64,000 nucleotides of DNA, taken from positions 298,811 through 362,810 of IMG/VR virus record IMGVR_UViG_3300037466_002980; one strand, 5' to 3'. Each line of letters begins with the position of its first letter. The first letter of the stretch is position 1. Source of the stretch: a virus. Its lineage: Duplodnaviria > Heunggongvirae > Uroviricota > Caudoviricetes. The notes beneath the pieces were generated by a model. It worked only from the letters and a program-made list of their open reading frames with translations, made no database searches and had not been told where the DNA came from. This document shows, in pieces, positions 53,485 to 62,529 of this stretch. Both the position numbers and the translations under genes were made by a program.

Positions 53485-53772
53485 TTAATTACCTTTAATT
53501 GTTCTTACCATTTCTGCTTCAGAAATGAATTGTTTCGCATTTTGTATGAACTCTTCTAGTTCTTCCAAATCAAGACCGTGGAAGGCAATTCTTTGTGTTC
53601 TAACTGGCTTATTACGACTCCACTGCGGAAAATTATAAAGAGATACAATTAATCCGCCTGTTTCCGTAATTTCAATTCGAAGCTTTTCATTGCCAGTAAT
53701 CGAGACCGCCTCTGCGGCCAATGTGTCGGATTTATAATCATTTTCAGCAACGGATAATTCTTTAAGCTGCAT
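53485..53772 (-). CDS. hypothetical protein, paralog of the gene at 53224..53484
   Basis: see its paralog. Confidence 0.45.
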   Translation of the reverse strand: MQLKELSVAENDYKSDTLAAEAVSITGNEKLRIEITETGGLIVSLYNFPQWSRNKPVRTQRIAFHGLDLEELEEFIQNAKQFISEAEMVRTIKGN

Positions 53773-53995
53773 AAGGACCTATTCTATACAATTCTTCAGC
53801 AAAATCTTCCCACGTCCAACCATATTCATTAAATAATGCATCTACAGTATCGGAATAATTTTCGGAATGTGCATCGTGTGGTGAAATGCTCTTTATGTAA
53901 ATTTTTGACATTTCCTTAAAAGAAACCTTCCTGCGAAGTATTCTAAATGGTCTGTCCAGATCTTTTTCTTCGATTATATTCTTCATAGAATTCAT
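53762..53995 (-). CDS. MTEEDTF-family small protein
   Basis: 'EEKDLDRPFRILRRKVSFKEM...YGWTWEDF'. Confidence 0.5.
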   Translation of the reverse strand: MNSMKNIIEEKDLDRPFRILRRKVSFKEMSKIYIKSISPHDAHSENYSDTVDALFNEYGWTWEDFAEELYRIGPYAA

Positions 53996-54158
53996 TCCAG
54001 GTCCATCCCCTGGGATTTAAAAAGTTTTCCATTCCGGGACGATCATAATAAACATCCATTACCAATTTTTGTTGGTCATTACTTGGAAGCATTTTAAATT
54101 CTCTATCTACAATCTCCCACGGATCACGTCGAAGTTTTTTGAAGATCAAATCATCCAT
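53943..54158 (-). CDS. MTEEDTF-family small protein
   Basis: 'MDDLIFKKLRRDPWE...RGWTWNEF'; 8-nt overlap. Confidence 0.5.
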   Translation of the reverse strand: MDDLIFKKLRRDPWEIVDREFKMLPSNDQQKLVMDVYYDRPGMENFLNPRGWTWNEFYEEYNRRKRSGQTI

Positions 54159-54360
54159 ATTTGCCACGCCTGGTGGATTCGATTGTTATTTCTTCTAATG
54201 TCCATCCGTACTTAGGATAAAATTTTCTTAACCAATTCGTGTATTCGACTCCTTCGAGAGTCGAATTAGGAAATAATCTTATATTTCTTCTCCAGATATC
54301 TATCATTTCGTCGTAGGTAGGCTTTCTTAGCCGTTCAAATGTTTTATTAATATCATCCAT
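54151..54360 (-). CDS. MTEEDTF-family small protein
   Basis: 'MDDINKTFERLRKPTYDEM...YGWTLEEI'. Confidence 0.55.
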   Translation of the reverse strand: MDDINKTFERLRKPTYDEMIDIWRRNIRLFPNSTLEGVEYTNWLRKFYPKYGWTLEEITIESTRRGKYG

Positions 54361-54425
54361 GCTGGTCTATGTTAACCATTAGATTAACATAGAACAACAG
54401 GATGGGCAAAAGCCCATCCTTGTGT

Positions 54426-55628
54426 TTACTTCTTCACCGGAGTATTGGCTCGAATGCTCAGATCCAATCCGAGATCACGTGCAGCCTTGGCTGAAAGGAT
54501 GTCGATCATCGAAGTTGCACGATCCACACCGCCTGCACCAGCCTGTCCCATTTGCATCTGCGGAGACCATGCACCGGGTTGTGCCTTGGCAATCGAGTCG
54601 CCGAGTACCGTCATGACCTTTTCGTAGGTAGCGAGCTTCTTGTCGAGTTGACCGTCGGCTGCCATCACCGCACTTTTACGTGCAGCTTCACCTTCACCAC
54701 GCAGAGTTTCTGCCTTCTTGTAGAGTTCAGCTTCCTTGACGTTGGCTTCCGCGATGGTCACCTTGGCCTGGGCATCAGCAATGCTCTTCGCCGCAATAGT
54801 CTTTTGTTCCCATTCTGCCTTCTTGGCGGCCGCTTCACCTTGTGCAGCCGCAGTGATTGCATCCTGTTCCGCTCTTTTGGCGTTGGAGGCAGCAATGGTC
54901 ACTTGGTTGATGGCATCCTGTTGTGTCTTGATCTGTTTCGTAACAGCCTCATCGTAATCCATTTTCGACACGGTAAGAGGACGCATGTGAATGTTAAATT
55001 CAGACACGTACGAATCCTGTGCGCGTTGAGGTTTACCATCTGATCCCATAACGATTTCGACGGCTGTCACCTGGCGATGGATTTTCGTAATCGGATCTTC
55101 CACATCCATGGTTTTGGATTGCGTTTTGTAAACGCCGTGGAGCATTTGTTCATTGATGAGCTGGAGCAGTTCATTTCGTTTACCGGCTGCCGAATCCAAC
55201 GAACTCATGGTAGGGCCCGAGAAATATGCAGCTGATTCCATAGCACGACGAATTGCTCGCGTTTCCACACCTTCGGGACTACCGAATGCTTTGTGAATTG
55301 CAATAATGCTCTTCTTGTCCAATGGCATTTCCCAGGAAACTGCACCCTTAACGAATGCATGGCCACCGTCATAGAATTGAATCACCAGCGGATCTTGCTG
55401 AAAATTGAATTCTTTCATGATCGGATATTTTGTTACCGTACCCCACCAGGTCCACTTCCAGCCCGGTTCGGTATAAACAGTGAGATCACCAGTCATCGGT
55501 GCCTGCACCACCATTACGTGATGGGCATCGTTTTCTGCCCACATGCCGTACACCAACGGAATACCAACCAGCACGGCCGCAGCCAGCAGGAAGGTCGTGA
55601 TGACGCGCTTAAAAGACCAAGTGTTCAT
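54426..55628 (-). CDS. SPFH / Band-7 (HflK/HflC/flotillin-like) membrane protein
   Basis: N-terminal transmembrane helix; SPFH-like core followed by a long Ala/Gln/Lys-rich coiled coil ('ASNAKRAEQDAITAAAQGEAAAKKAEWEQ'); GC-rich; four overlapping plus-strand ORFs are antisense. Confidence 0.55.
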   Translation of the reverse strand: MNTWSFKRVITTFLLAAAVLVGIPLVYGMWAENDAHHVMVVQAPMTGDLTVYTEPGWKWTWWGTVTKYPIMKEFNFQQDPLVIQFYDGGHAFVKGAVSWEMPLDKKSIIAIHKAFGSPEGVETRAIRRAMESAAYFSGPTMSSLDSAAGKRNELLQLINEQMLHGVYKTQSKTMDVEDPITKIHRQVTAVEIVMGSDGKPQRAQDSYVSEFNIHMRPLTVSKMDYDEAVTKQIKTQQDAINQVTIAASNAKRAEQDAITAAAQGEAAAKKAEWEQKTIAAKSIADAQAKVTIAEANVKEAELYKKAETLRGEGEAARKSAVMAADGQLDKKLATYEKVMTVLGDSIAKAQPGAWSPQMQMGQAGAGGVDRATSMIDILSAKAARDLGLDLSIRANTPVKK

Positions 55629-55661
55629 GTGTGTTAACCTTTCAATGTGTTGAACGACTTC

Positions 55662-55910
55662 TTACTTCGGATCCAGTTTGTTTTCCAGATCCGCCTTCTT
55701 GTCGCGCAGAGAAACAAGTTCCTCTTGCACGGCAACCTTATCATGAAGGGTAGCAATTTCGTCTGCCGCCTTCGTGACTTCCTTCTTTAGGACATCCTTC
55801 CTAAAGATTGGAAAAAACTTTCCGCCCGTAACTGCTGGAATAATCACCTGTGTTATTAACACAGCGATAAGCAGCAATACCAAAGCAAGTCTAAACAATC
55901 CTAAAATCAT
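55662..55910 (-). CDS. small membrane protein (transmembrane helix plus coiled coil) upstream of the SPFH gene
   Basis: start trimmed to 'MILGLFRLALVLLLIAVLIT', which has an AGGAG Shine-Dalgarno 8 nt upstream; C-terminal coiled coil. Confidence 0.45.
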   Translation of the reverse strand: MILGLFRLALVLLLIAVLITQVIIPAVTGGKFFPIFRKDVLKKEVTKAADEIATLHDKVAVQEELVSLRDKKADLENKLDPK

Positions 55911-55988
55911 GTTTGTTCTCCTTGCGGCCATGAATAAAGGCCACTGCACATATTATAATATGCATGGCCCTTATAAGTCTGCTGGTTT

Positions 55989-56423
55989 TTAAGAAATAGA
56001 TTCTCTTGAATAGGTACCGTCACCGTTTGGTGTTAATTTAAGCCTCTTTGAAGGATATTTATAATCTCCTACTTGGGTAAAACTTTCGTTAAGATATCCC
56101 TCTCTAGTAATATCATAGACTTTCCAGTTTTCCATAGGGGAAACACCTTGTACGTAATCAATCCTTTTTCCATATGTTTGGAAGCACCAATCTTCAATCC
56201 ATGAACGAGAATTAATCCAGTAAAAAGCCTCATTATAAAATTCAACATGAACTGAACCGTAATATCCTCTACCTTCGGTTAGATCGGGACTGAAAACAAT
56301 ATTCCAATAGGTTGTAAATTTCTTTCTCTTTTCTATCTGTTCTTCGTAAGCAATACAATCTTTTTCGGTAGTAAATTCCGTGTTGTCGTCTGCTATATAT
56401 ATTGTGCTTGTTTTAGTTTTCAT
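55989..56423 (-). CDS. hypothetical protein
   Basis: 144-aa ORF. Confidence 0.45.
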   Translation of the reverse strand: MKTKTSTIYIADDNTEFTTEKDCIAYEEQIEKRKKFTTYWNIVFSPDLTEGRGYYGSVHVEFYNEAFYWINSRSWIEDWCFQTYGKRIDYVQGVSPMENWKVYDITREGYLNESFTQVGDYKYPSKRLKLTPNGDGTYSRESIS

Positions 56424-56617
56424 AATTCTTTCTTGCTTTCATTAATCCATTCCATATAAGTCCATCCATACGATTCGAATAACTTATCATTTTCCGGCCA
56501 ATAATTTTCTTTTAGGAAGGAATCTCTCCCTGCTGAAATCCACCAATCTTTATAATATTCTGACATTTGATTAAATGATACTCTCTTTAACCTTTTAAAT
56601 GTATCTTCTTCAGTCAT
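56420..56617 (-). CDS. MTEEDTF-family small protein
   Basis: 'MTEEDTFKRLKRVSFNQM...YGWTYMEW'. Confidence 0.55.
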   Translation of the reverse strand: MTEEDTFKRLKRVSFNQMSEYYKDWWISAGRDSFLKENYWPENDKLFESYGWTYMEWINESKKEL

Positions 56618-56815
56618 TTAATATTCTCGTCGGTAATATTCAATGCTATATTCTTCAACAGTCCATCCATGCCTTTTGAAGAATTTAAATGTATCAAAAT
56701 TAGGATGATAACGAGATTCTGAATTCGACTTAGGACGATAGGTACCTCCCCATAGTCGTTTCATCTCTTCATAATCGACTCGCCGAAGTCGGGCAATCAG
56801 ATCATCTTCGTCCAT
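56618..56815 (-). CDS. MTEEDTF-family small protein
   Basis: internal start 'MDEDDLIARLRRVDYEEM...HGWTVEEY'. Confidence 0.5.
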   Translation of the reverse strand: MDEDDLIARLRRVDYEEMKRLWGGTYRPKSNSESRYHPNFDTFKFFKRHGWTVEEYSIEYYRREY

Positions 56816-56997
56816 AAAGATTTTTGATATTCTATGTATTCGTTTATAAAATCCTGAACTTCCCAATTATATTCATCAAAGAATTCTTTTGGAACATCGC
56901 CTAAATCCTGAAAGAAGAATTTACTCTCCAATCTATCTTTTACAATATTGAATGGTGCTCTTTTTAATTTCCTAAAGGTATCATCCTCATTTGTCAT
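56797..56997 (-). CDS. MTEEDTF-family small protein
   Basis: 'MTNEDDTFRKLKRAPF...YNWEVQDF'. Confidence 0.55.
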   Translation of the reverse strand: MTNEDDTFRKLKRAPFNIVKDRLESKFFFQDLGDVPKEFFDEYNWEVQDFINEYIEYQKSLWTKMI

Positions 56998-57221
56998 GAC
57001 TGCAATTTGAATTTTGTAAAATATTCAGCCATTGGATGTGTTAATAGGGATCTAGCTCCAAAGGCAATATATCCGAATCTGGTATCTTGATCGATATAAT
57101 CCACACCCTTAATTACAAACGTTCCATCTATACATTCTAATTGTGTACCATCCGGCAATTGATTATATTCTTCCGGTGTGATAAGATATAGTGGATTTTC
57201 TTCATTGCTCCATTTTATCAA
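56994..57221 (-). CDS. hypothetical protein
   Basis: 75-aa ORF. Confidence 0.4.
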   Translation of the reverse strand: MIKWSNEENPLYLITPEEYNQLPDGTQLECIDGTFVIKGVDYIDQDTRFGYIAFGARSLLTHPMAEYFTKFKLQS

Positions 57222-57400
57222 TTACATCTCCATAATCCAATCTGGTGTTCTTTGTATTCTTTTATTGTCCATCCACGATGTTCGAAAAATTCTTCGACAC
57301 GTTCTGGATGATTTGGCGTTTCAAGATAATCTATTAGTGCCAATACCATTTCATCATATGGTATTTGTCTTAATTTTCTAACTGTATCTTCTTCAGTCAC
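57218..57400 (-). CDS. MTEEDTF-family small protein
   Basis: 'MTEEDTVRKLRQIPYDEM...RGWTIKEY'. Confidence 0.55.
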   Translation of the reverse strand: MTEEDTVRKLRQIPYDEMVLALIDYLETPNHPERVEEFFEHRGWTIKEYKEHQIGLWRCN

Positions 57401-57618
57401 TATTCACCTGTTGATAAATCGATGTTATTCTTTCTACATTCCTTGGCAAGGATATTCCAATTCCAACTTGTATTTTCCCAGAGTTGTTTCCAGATTTCAT
57501 TTACTTCATTAGAAGATAGATATGGATTACGATATACACCGGCGGTATCAAAATACCTATCTACTATTTCAGATAATGGTATTCTCTTCAATGCAAGAAA
57601 TGTATCATCTTCGGTCAT
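57400..57618 (-). CDS. MTEEDTF-family small protein
   Basis: 'MTEDDTFLALKRIPLSEI...TSWNWNIL'. Confidence 0.5.
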   Translation of the reverse strand: MTEDDTFLALKRIPLSEIVDRYFDTAGVYRNPYLSSNEVNEIWKQLWENTSWNWNILAKECRKNNIDLSTGE

Positions 57619-57803
57619 TGTTGTGAATTTTCATCCATTCTTCTATTATGTTCGTCAGCTAATTCCATTAATGTCCATCCACGTCGATATAAGAATTCAG
57701 ATTCTATCTCCGTGTTAACAAATGGAAGCCTCATCCATAATTTGAGCATTTCCTCATATGGAATTCTTTTTAATTTTTGAATTAATCTTTCTTCAGAATC
57801 CAT
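57615..57803 (-). CDS. MTEEDTF-family small protein
   Basis: internal start 'MDSEERLIQKLKRIPYEEM...RGWTLMEL'. Confidence 0.5.
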   Translation of the reverse strand: MDSEERLIQKLKRIPYEEMLKLWMRLPFVNTEIESEFLYRRGWTLMELADEHNRRMDENSQQ

Positions 57804-58107
57804 GTGTATTATAATCACTCATATCTAAACAATGATCTTTTGGAATATCTCCTCTAATGAATTCCATTCGAACATTAAATTCTTTCATTTCTTTTAGATA
57901 GTGTTCAATAGTCTTACCATGCCAAATTTTCGGAATAGCATATTTTACTTTACACCATTCGACATTGTTTTCGGGTCTTCCCGAATACTGGCATCTAAAT
58001 GAATAACTATCACTCAATCCACCAGACATTGTTTGAAGATAAAGTGGACGACACCAATCTTCTCCGTTTATAATGTCGGAAGGTTCAAGGAGTTGTATTG
58101 CTATCAT
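57793..58107 (-). CDS. hypothetical protein
   Basis: 104-aa ORF. Confidence 0.4.
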   Translation of the reverse strand: MIAIQLLEPSDIINGEDWCRPLYLQTMSGGLSDSYSFRCQYSGRPENNVEWCKVKYAIPKIWHGKTIEHYLKEMKEFNVRMEFIRGDIPKDHCLDMSDYNTHGF

Positions 58108-58330
58108 TAGGTGTATTCACTTGAACTGTAGATGTTGGCGTAATCAAAATACCCAAGATTAACCTGTTTTTTTTTGACCAGAGTTGTTTTTGAAATTCTT
58201 CAGGTTCCCAGAAATATTGTTTCATCAATTCATTTAATGAAAAATGTGATCTTTTGTTTTCCCAAATTTCATACATTTCCTCAAAGGATGGCTTCTTTAA
58301 TTTCTTAAACGTGTCGTCTTCAGCATTCAT
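58085..58330 (-). CDS. MTEEDTF-family small protein
   Basis: 'MNAEDDTFKKLKKPSFEEM...YFWEPEEF'. Confidence 0.55.
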   Translation of the reverse strand: MNAEDDTFKKLKKPSFEEMYEIWENKRSHFSLNELMKQYFWEPEEFQKQLWSKKNRLILGILITPTSTVQVNTPNDSNTTP

Positions 58331-58569
58331 TGATTACTCCTAATCAGTCCCTCAATGTGAACCGGCGTAATAGCTCGAGAACAATTTTCCTTTTCCGATC
58401 GATTAGGATATAAATCCACCAATCTTTCTCCACAACATTCACAACGATGTGATTGCATTATTCCGTGTTCCTCTTTAGGAAAAACACCCATACCTTTGAT
58501 TTTGATATGGGTTTTTCCTACCGTATATTCATATTCATTACCATCAACGATAATTTTCCTATACGACAT
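58327..58569 (-). CDS. hypothetical protein with a Cys cluster
   Basis: 80-aa ORF; 'HRCECCGERL'. Confidence 0.4.
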   Translation of the reverse strand: MSYRKIIVDGNEYEYTVGKTHIKIKGMGVFPKEEHGIMQSHRCECCGERLVDLYPNRSEKENCSRAITPVHIEGLIRSNQ

Positions 58570-58570
58570 A

Positions 58571-59785
58571 TTAGCCTTTCACACATAAAACTTGTTTTAG
58601 GGTATGCACAACTTCTACAAGATCTTCTTGTGCTTTCATAACCTCATCGATATCCTTGTATGCAGCTGGAATTTCATCAATCACAGCTTCATCCTTTCTG
58701 CATTCGATTCCAGCAGTCTGTTCTTCAAGTGCAGCAATATCGAAAAGTTTCTTAGCTTGATTACGGCTCATTCTTCTTCCTGCTCCGTGAGAACAAGAAC
58801 AATATGAATCGGCACAACCTTTACCTTTTACAATAAAGGATTTAGCGCCCATTGAACCTGGAATAATTCCCAGTTGTCCAAAATTGGCAGAAACTGCACC
58901 TTTTCTTGTAACCCACATTCCTTCTCCATTGTGTTCTTCCCACGATGTGAAATTGTGGTGACAGTTAACTACCTCGCCAAGAATTTTTAACGTAGGAAAT
59001 TTTCTCTTCAATCCAGCCACAACAAGATTCATCATTGTATCACGATTGAAACGAGCATAATTCTGTGCCCAAGTCATTGCTTCGATATAATCATCGAATT
59101 CTTTGGTTCCTTCGTCGAGCCATGCTAAATCCTGATCAGGGAGACCCCAATCTCTTTTCGCAGCTTGTTCCTTAGCTAATTGGATAGCGACCTCGCCTAT
59201 TTGATTACCAATGCCGCGAGATCCGGAATGGAGCATAATCCAAACTCTATTTTCTGAGTCTAGGCATAACTCAATGAAATGGTTACCGCCACCAAGTGTA
59301 CCAATTTGTCTTCCGATTCTCTTTTCATCGGCACGACCTAGCTTTTCTTTCATTCCAAGTGTTTCCCATTGATCCATTGTCTTTCTTAGATTCTTCCTAA
59401 GAATATCAGCATATGGACCCGACACAGAAGGAATTCCTGCCTTATGTTCATTAAAACCAACGGGAACATCTCTTTCGATTTGATGTCTTATTGATAATAA
59501 AGATTCTGGTAAATCATCTGCAGTAAGGTTGGTCATGGCAGCACACATTCCGCAACCAATGTCAACACCAACGGCAGCGGGAATGATAGCAGAACGTGTC
59601 GGAATAACGGAACCCACAGTGGCACCCTTACCAGCATGAACATCTGGCATGATAGCGATATGTCCTGCAAGGATAGGAACCTGCGAAATATTCATGATTT
59701 GCTGAAGAGCTGCCTCTTCAACATCCATGCTTCCTACCCACATTTTTACATTTTCAATTTCCATTTTTAACCTTTTAGTTTCCAA
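58571..59785 (-). CDS. rtcB: RNA-splicing ligase RtcB (joins 3'-phosphate or 2',3'-cyclic phosphate ends to 5'-OH ends)
   Basis: hallmark metal- and GTP-binding motifs 'MPDVHAGKG', 'GGGNHFIE', 'CHHNF' and 'SCSHGAGR'; 404 aa. Confidence 0.85.
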   Translation of the reverse strand: METKRLKMEIENVKMWVGSMDVEEAALQQIMNISQVPILAGHIAIMPDVHAGKGATVGSVIPTRSAIIPAAVGVDIGCGMCAAMTNLTADDLPESLLSIRHQIERDVPVGFNEHKAGIPSVSGPYADILRKNLRKTMDQWETLGMKEKLGRADEKRIGRQIGTLGGGNHFIELCLDSENRVWIMLHSGSRGIGNQIGEVAIQLAKEQAAKRDWGLPDQDLAWLDEGTKEFDDYIEAMTWAQNYARFNRDTMMNLVVAGLKRKFPTLKILGEVVNCHHNFTSWEEHNGEGMWVTRKGAVSANFGQLGIIPGSMGAKSFIVKGKGCADSYCSCSHGAGRRMSRNQAKKLFDIAALEEQTAGIECRKDEAVIDEIPAAYKDIDEVMKAQEDLVEVVHTLKQVLCVKG

Positions 59786-60012
59786 ATCAATACATCATTT
59801 TTATCAATTAAACACAAATCCTTTGCATTATGTCTCGATGTTGTTGTCGATAGAGATTTTCTTACCAAGATTAACTTACAAAGAAACTTCTTGGCATATT
59901 GCTTAATTTCTAGTATCTCATAGATGTTATTATAATACACGACAAAATCACCCACAACTAATGGACGAGCCAACATATCAAGCGGAGCTTTCTTTCCGTC
60001 AGTTAGATCCAT
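59767..60012 (-). CDS. small protein of the terminal-motif family
   Basis: C-terminal 'DKNDVLIWKLKG'; overlaps the rtcB start by 19 nt. Confidence 0.45.
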   Translation of the reverse strand: MDLTDGKKAPLDMLARPLVVGDFVVYYNNIYEILEIKQYAKKFLCKLILVRKSLSTTTSRHNAKDLCLIDKNDVLIWKLKG

Positions 60013-60337
60013 TTTTTAATTTCTTAACAACTTCTTTCTGTGAAATGCTATTTTTCAAAGTTTCAAGTTTGATATTATTGGTAACTTTCTTATAATCAAA
60101 AGATTCAAGTTTCGTATTTTCACTAATTGATAATTTATAAGTTACATCATTTTGAATAATAGTATTCATTTGTTTGATGTTGAATAATTTTCCTTCCTTA
60201 GTCCATCGTGGAACCGGAGCTCCATAATATGTATTCGGTTCATATATACCAATGCGAGTTACTCTATATGGTTTATATTCGAAGGTAGAAAGGTACAATC
60301 CATTATTCTTATGTTTTAATTTATATTTTCTTTCCAT
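59999..60337 (-). CDS. hypothetical protein, paralog of the gene at 60321..60650
   Basis: shared C-terminal 'ISQKE[VL]V[KR]KLK[ND]G'. Confidence 0.45.
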   Translation of the reverse strand: MERKYKLKHKNNGLYLSTFEYKPYRVTRIGIYEPNTYYGAPVPRWTKEGKLFNIKQMNTIIQNDVTYKLSISENTKLESFDYKKVTNNIKLETLKNSISQKEVVKKLKNGSN

Positions 60338-60650
60338 CTTTTAATTTCCTTACAAGTTCCTTTTGCGAAATTCTTTCTGTCATCTTTTCTAATTTTACAG
60401 TTGTAGGAACCTCACAATAGGCAAAAGCTACAATTTCAGAATTCTTTAACTTCTTTTTTGTTGGAGTTCGTTGAACATCAATTTTTACAATCTCCTCTAT
60501 CTTATCTAGTGCGTAATGCCTTATATTTTCTTTCCATACTGGCATTGATACAGTCGGGAGACCTGTCCACCAAAATGGATAGTTAAAATCAACATGAAGA
60601 TATTTTCCTGTTGATTTATTTCTTATTGCATACTTTCTATCAATAGCCAT
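60321..60650 (-). CDS. hypothetical protein, paralog of the gene at 59999..60337
   Basis: see its paralog. Confidence 0.45.
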   Translation of the reverse strand: MAIDRKYAIRNKSTGKYLHVDFNYPFWWTGLPTVSMPVWKENIRHYALDKIEEIVKIDVQRTPTKKKLKNSEIVAFAYCEVPTTVKLEKMTERISQKELVRKLKDGKKI

Positions 60651-61537
60651 TATAGTTCCTCTTCTTCTGTTTCGGATGGTATTTCTTCATCCTCTTCAAA
60701 TACCGACTTCATTGCTTTGTGAAACACTTTTGAAGATTTTGACTTTGAAGTTAACATTTCAGTTGTTAACTCTAATCTAATAATTTCTTCAAGCTCGGTA
60801 GGAATTTCCCATCCGTTAAAAATTTTCTCATTCTTCTTAAGACTTATTGTTCTAGAAATTAATAAAACCCATTCTTTATATGTTAATTTCGAATTCTTCA
60901 TTCTTTCATCGGTAAGAGATTTAATCAAATGAGGATATGCTGTAATAACATTTCGCAATTCTGTCTTATTCAAAAGTCTGTTCATATTATCAAGAAATAT
61001 TGTTTCATATTTCTTATTGAACTTAATCATACGTCTCCAGAAATTAGCATTCGTAGTAAATTCCTGCCAGTTTGGCGAAATTTTATCTAAGAATTTTGGA
61101 TTGGTATGTGCTAACGAATCTAAGGTATAGGAATCTAATTTAGGAAGATATCCGATAAGTTTATATATCTTCTCTGGATATTTTAAGAATAAAACATTCT
61201 TATAATAGGCACTGAGTTTTTCTACACGTTCTTTCTTTAAATATGTGCTATCGACATAAATTAATGTCTGATATGAATAATCGTTTAATTTCTCTAATTC
61301 CTTATCAGATAATGTCGCATAAGGACGATAATCAGCATAGACAGAATTTGTGAGAATATCATATTTCTCGATAGCAGATAATTTAAGTGTTATCTTATTT
61401 TTGTAGAAAGATTCATCAGTCCTAAGAAGATGTAATTTTTCAAATGTTGATAATTTACTAAGATCAAATAATGATGGATCTTTCTTTATTAATTTTCCTA
61501 AATCTAATGTTTTCGCCAAAATGGAATTCAAATGCAT
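60650..61537 (-). CDS. hypothetical protein
   Basis: 295-aa ORF with an acidic C-terminal tail. Confidence 0.45.
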   Translation of the reverse strand: MHLNSILAKTLDLGKLIKKDPSLFDLSKLSTFEKLHLLRTDESFYKNKITLKLSAIEKYDILTNSVYADYRPYATLSDKELEKLNDYSYQTLIYVDSTYLKKERVEKLSAYYKNVLFLKYPEKIYKLIGYLPKLDSYTLDSLAHTNPKFLDKISPNWQEFTTNANFWRRMIKFNKKYETIFLDNMNRLLNKTELRNVITAYPHLIKSLTDERMKNSKLTYKEWVLLISRTISLKKNEKIFNGWEIPTELEEIIRLELTTEMLTSKSKSSKVFHKAMKSVFEEDEEIPSETEEEEL

Positions 61538-61605
61538 AGTTTCCTCTGTGTATTATTATTTTTGTACTATAACACATGATTTTAGAAAACTACAAGATTT
61601 GATTA

Positions 61606-61839
61606 CTAATCGTATTCAACGTGTTTTGAAAGTTTTCCTGTTTCTTTATCAAACCATGTGGTTGCTAATGGTTTCTTGTTTTCATCAAAACTATCTATTC
61701 TTATTAAACGGTTATCTTTAGATCGATAATATTTTTTATATAAGGTATAACCATCTGGAATGGAAGAATAATGAAAAACTTCAGTTCGATATTGTATGCT
61801 ATCCTTTAAAGATAATTCCTCGTCAAATTTCATATTCAA
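61606..61839 (-). CDS. hypothetical protein
   Basis: 77-aa ORF. Confidence 0.4.
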   Translation of the reverse strand: MNMKFDEELSLKDSIQYRTEVFHYSSIPDGYTLYKKYYRSKDNRLIRIDSFDENKKPLATTWFDKETGKLSKHVEYD

Positions 61840-62053
61840 TTATCATAAAAGGAAATCCTGGACTTTCATACCATATTGTTTGGATAACAATATCTTCAAA
61901 AAGATAATCATTTCGTATTACATGTTCATTGTGATCATAATAAGTTTTCACTCTAGTAATCTTCTTACCATTTACTTCACCAAAGATATTGATAGTAGTG
62001 AAATGCTTAGAAAGATATTTTAATTCAAAGAATAGATCTTCATAATATTTCAT
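61823..62053 (-). CDS. hypothetical protein
   Basis: 76-aa ORF. Confidence 0.4.
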   Translation of the reverse strand: MKYYEDLFFELKYLSKHFTTINIFGEVNGKKITRVKTYYDHNEHVIRNDYLFEDIVIQTIWYESPGFPFMIIEYEI

Positions 62054-62529
62054 ACTTGACCTTTTCTTTTCCTTCGCTCAATTTCAATTTTGTATTGCTT
62101 AGGAGAAAGCTTCTGTCCTTCAATCCAATATTGTTTCGGTCCGCCACGATGAACAACTGCTGGACCATCCAGTCTGTGAAGTTCTCCATCCTTATAATAC
62201 ATGAAAATATCTTTATGACGAATTGCAGGTCCAACGTCGCGATGAATTAAACCTTCCTTACACCAAATTTCAAAATCATAATTCAAACTAATATAGGAAG
62301 GACCATAGAGCCTATGAAACTTTCCTTCCTTATTTCTATAGGCAATATCCTTATGAAGAAATTTTCCATTTTTATTCCAGGCGGACCAGAAATAATAACC
62401 AGCCATTTTTAATTCACCCGTCATTATATCGGCAATAAATCCGCCATAGGCAGGCATTAAAGGTTCTTCAAAAGTCTTTTCAACTTGAAGTGCTTCTAAC
62501 AATGCTTCGTAGTTATCCTCTTCGTTCAT
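62050..62529 (-). CDS. protein with tandem ~22-aa 'G-x-L-H-R-x-D-G-P-A' repeats (MORN-variant-like)
   Basis: 'FHRLYGPSYI', 'LIHRDVGPAIRH', 'ELHRLDGPAVVH' and 'QYWIEGQKLS' repeat units. Confidence 0.45.
   Translation of the reverse strand: MNEEDNYEALLEALQVEKTFEEPLMPAYGGFIADIMTGELKMAGYYFWSAWNKNGKFLHKDIAYRNKEGKFHRLYGPSYISLNYDFEIWCKEGLIHRDVGPAIRHKDIFMYYKDGELHRLDGPAVVHRGGPKQYWIEGQKLSPKQYKIEIERRKRKGQV

Noticed and set aside
54445-55637. plus-strand ORFs 54422..54616, 54445..54627, 54552..55043, 54736..54957 and 55293..55637
   Set aside because: Antisense to the SPFH gene; the composition shows a GC-rich antisense bias.
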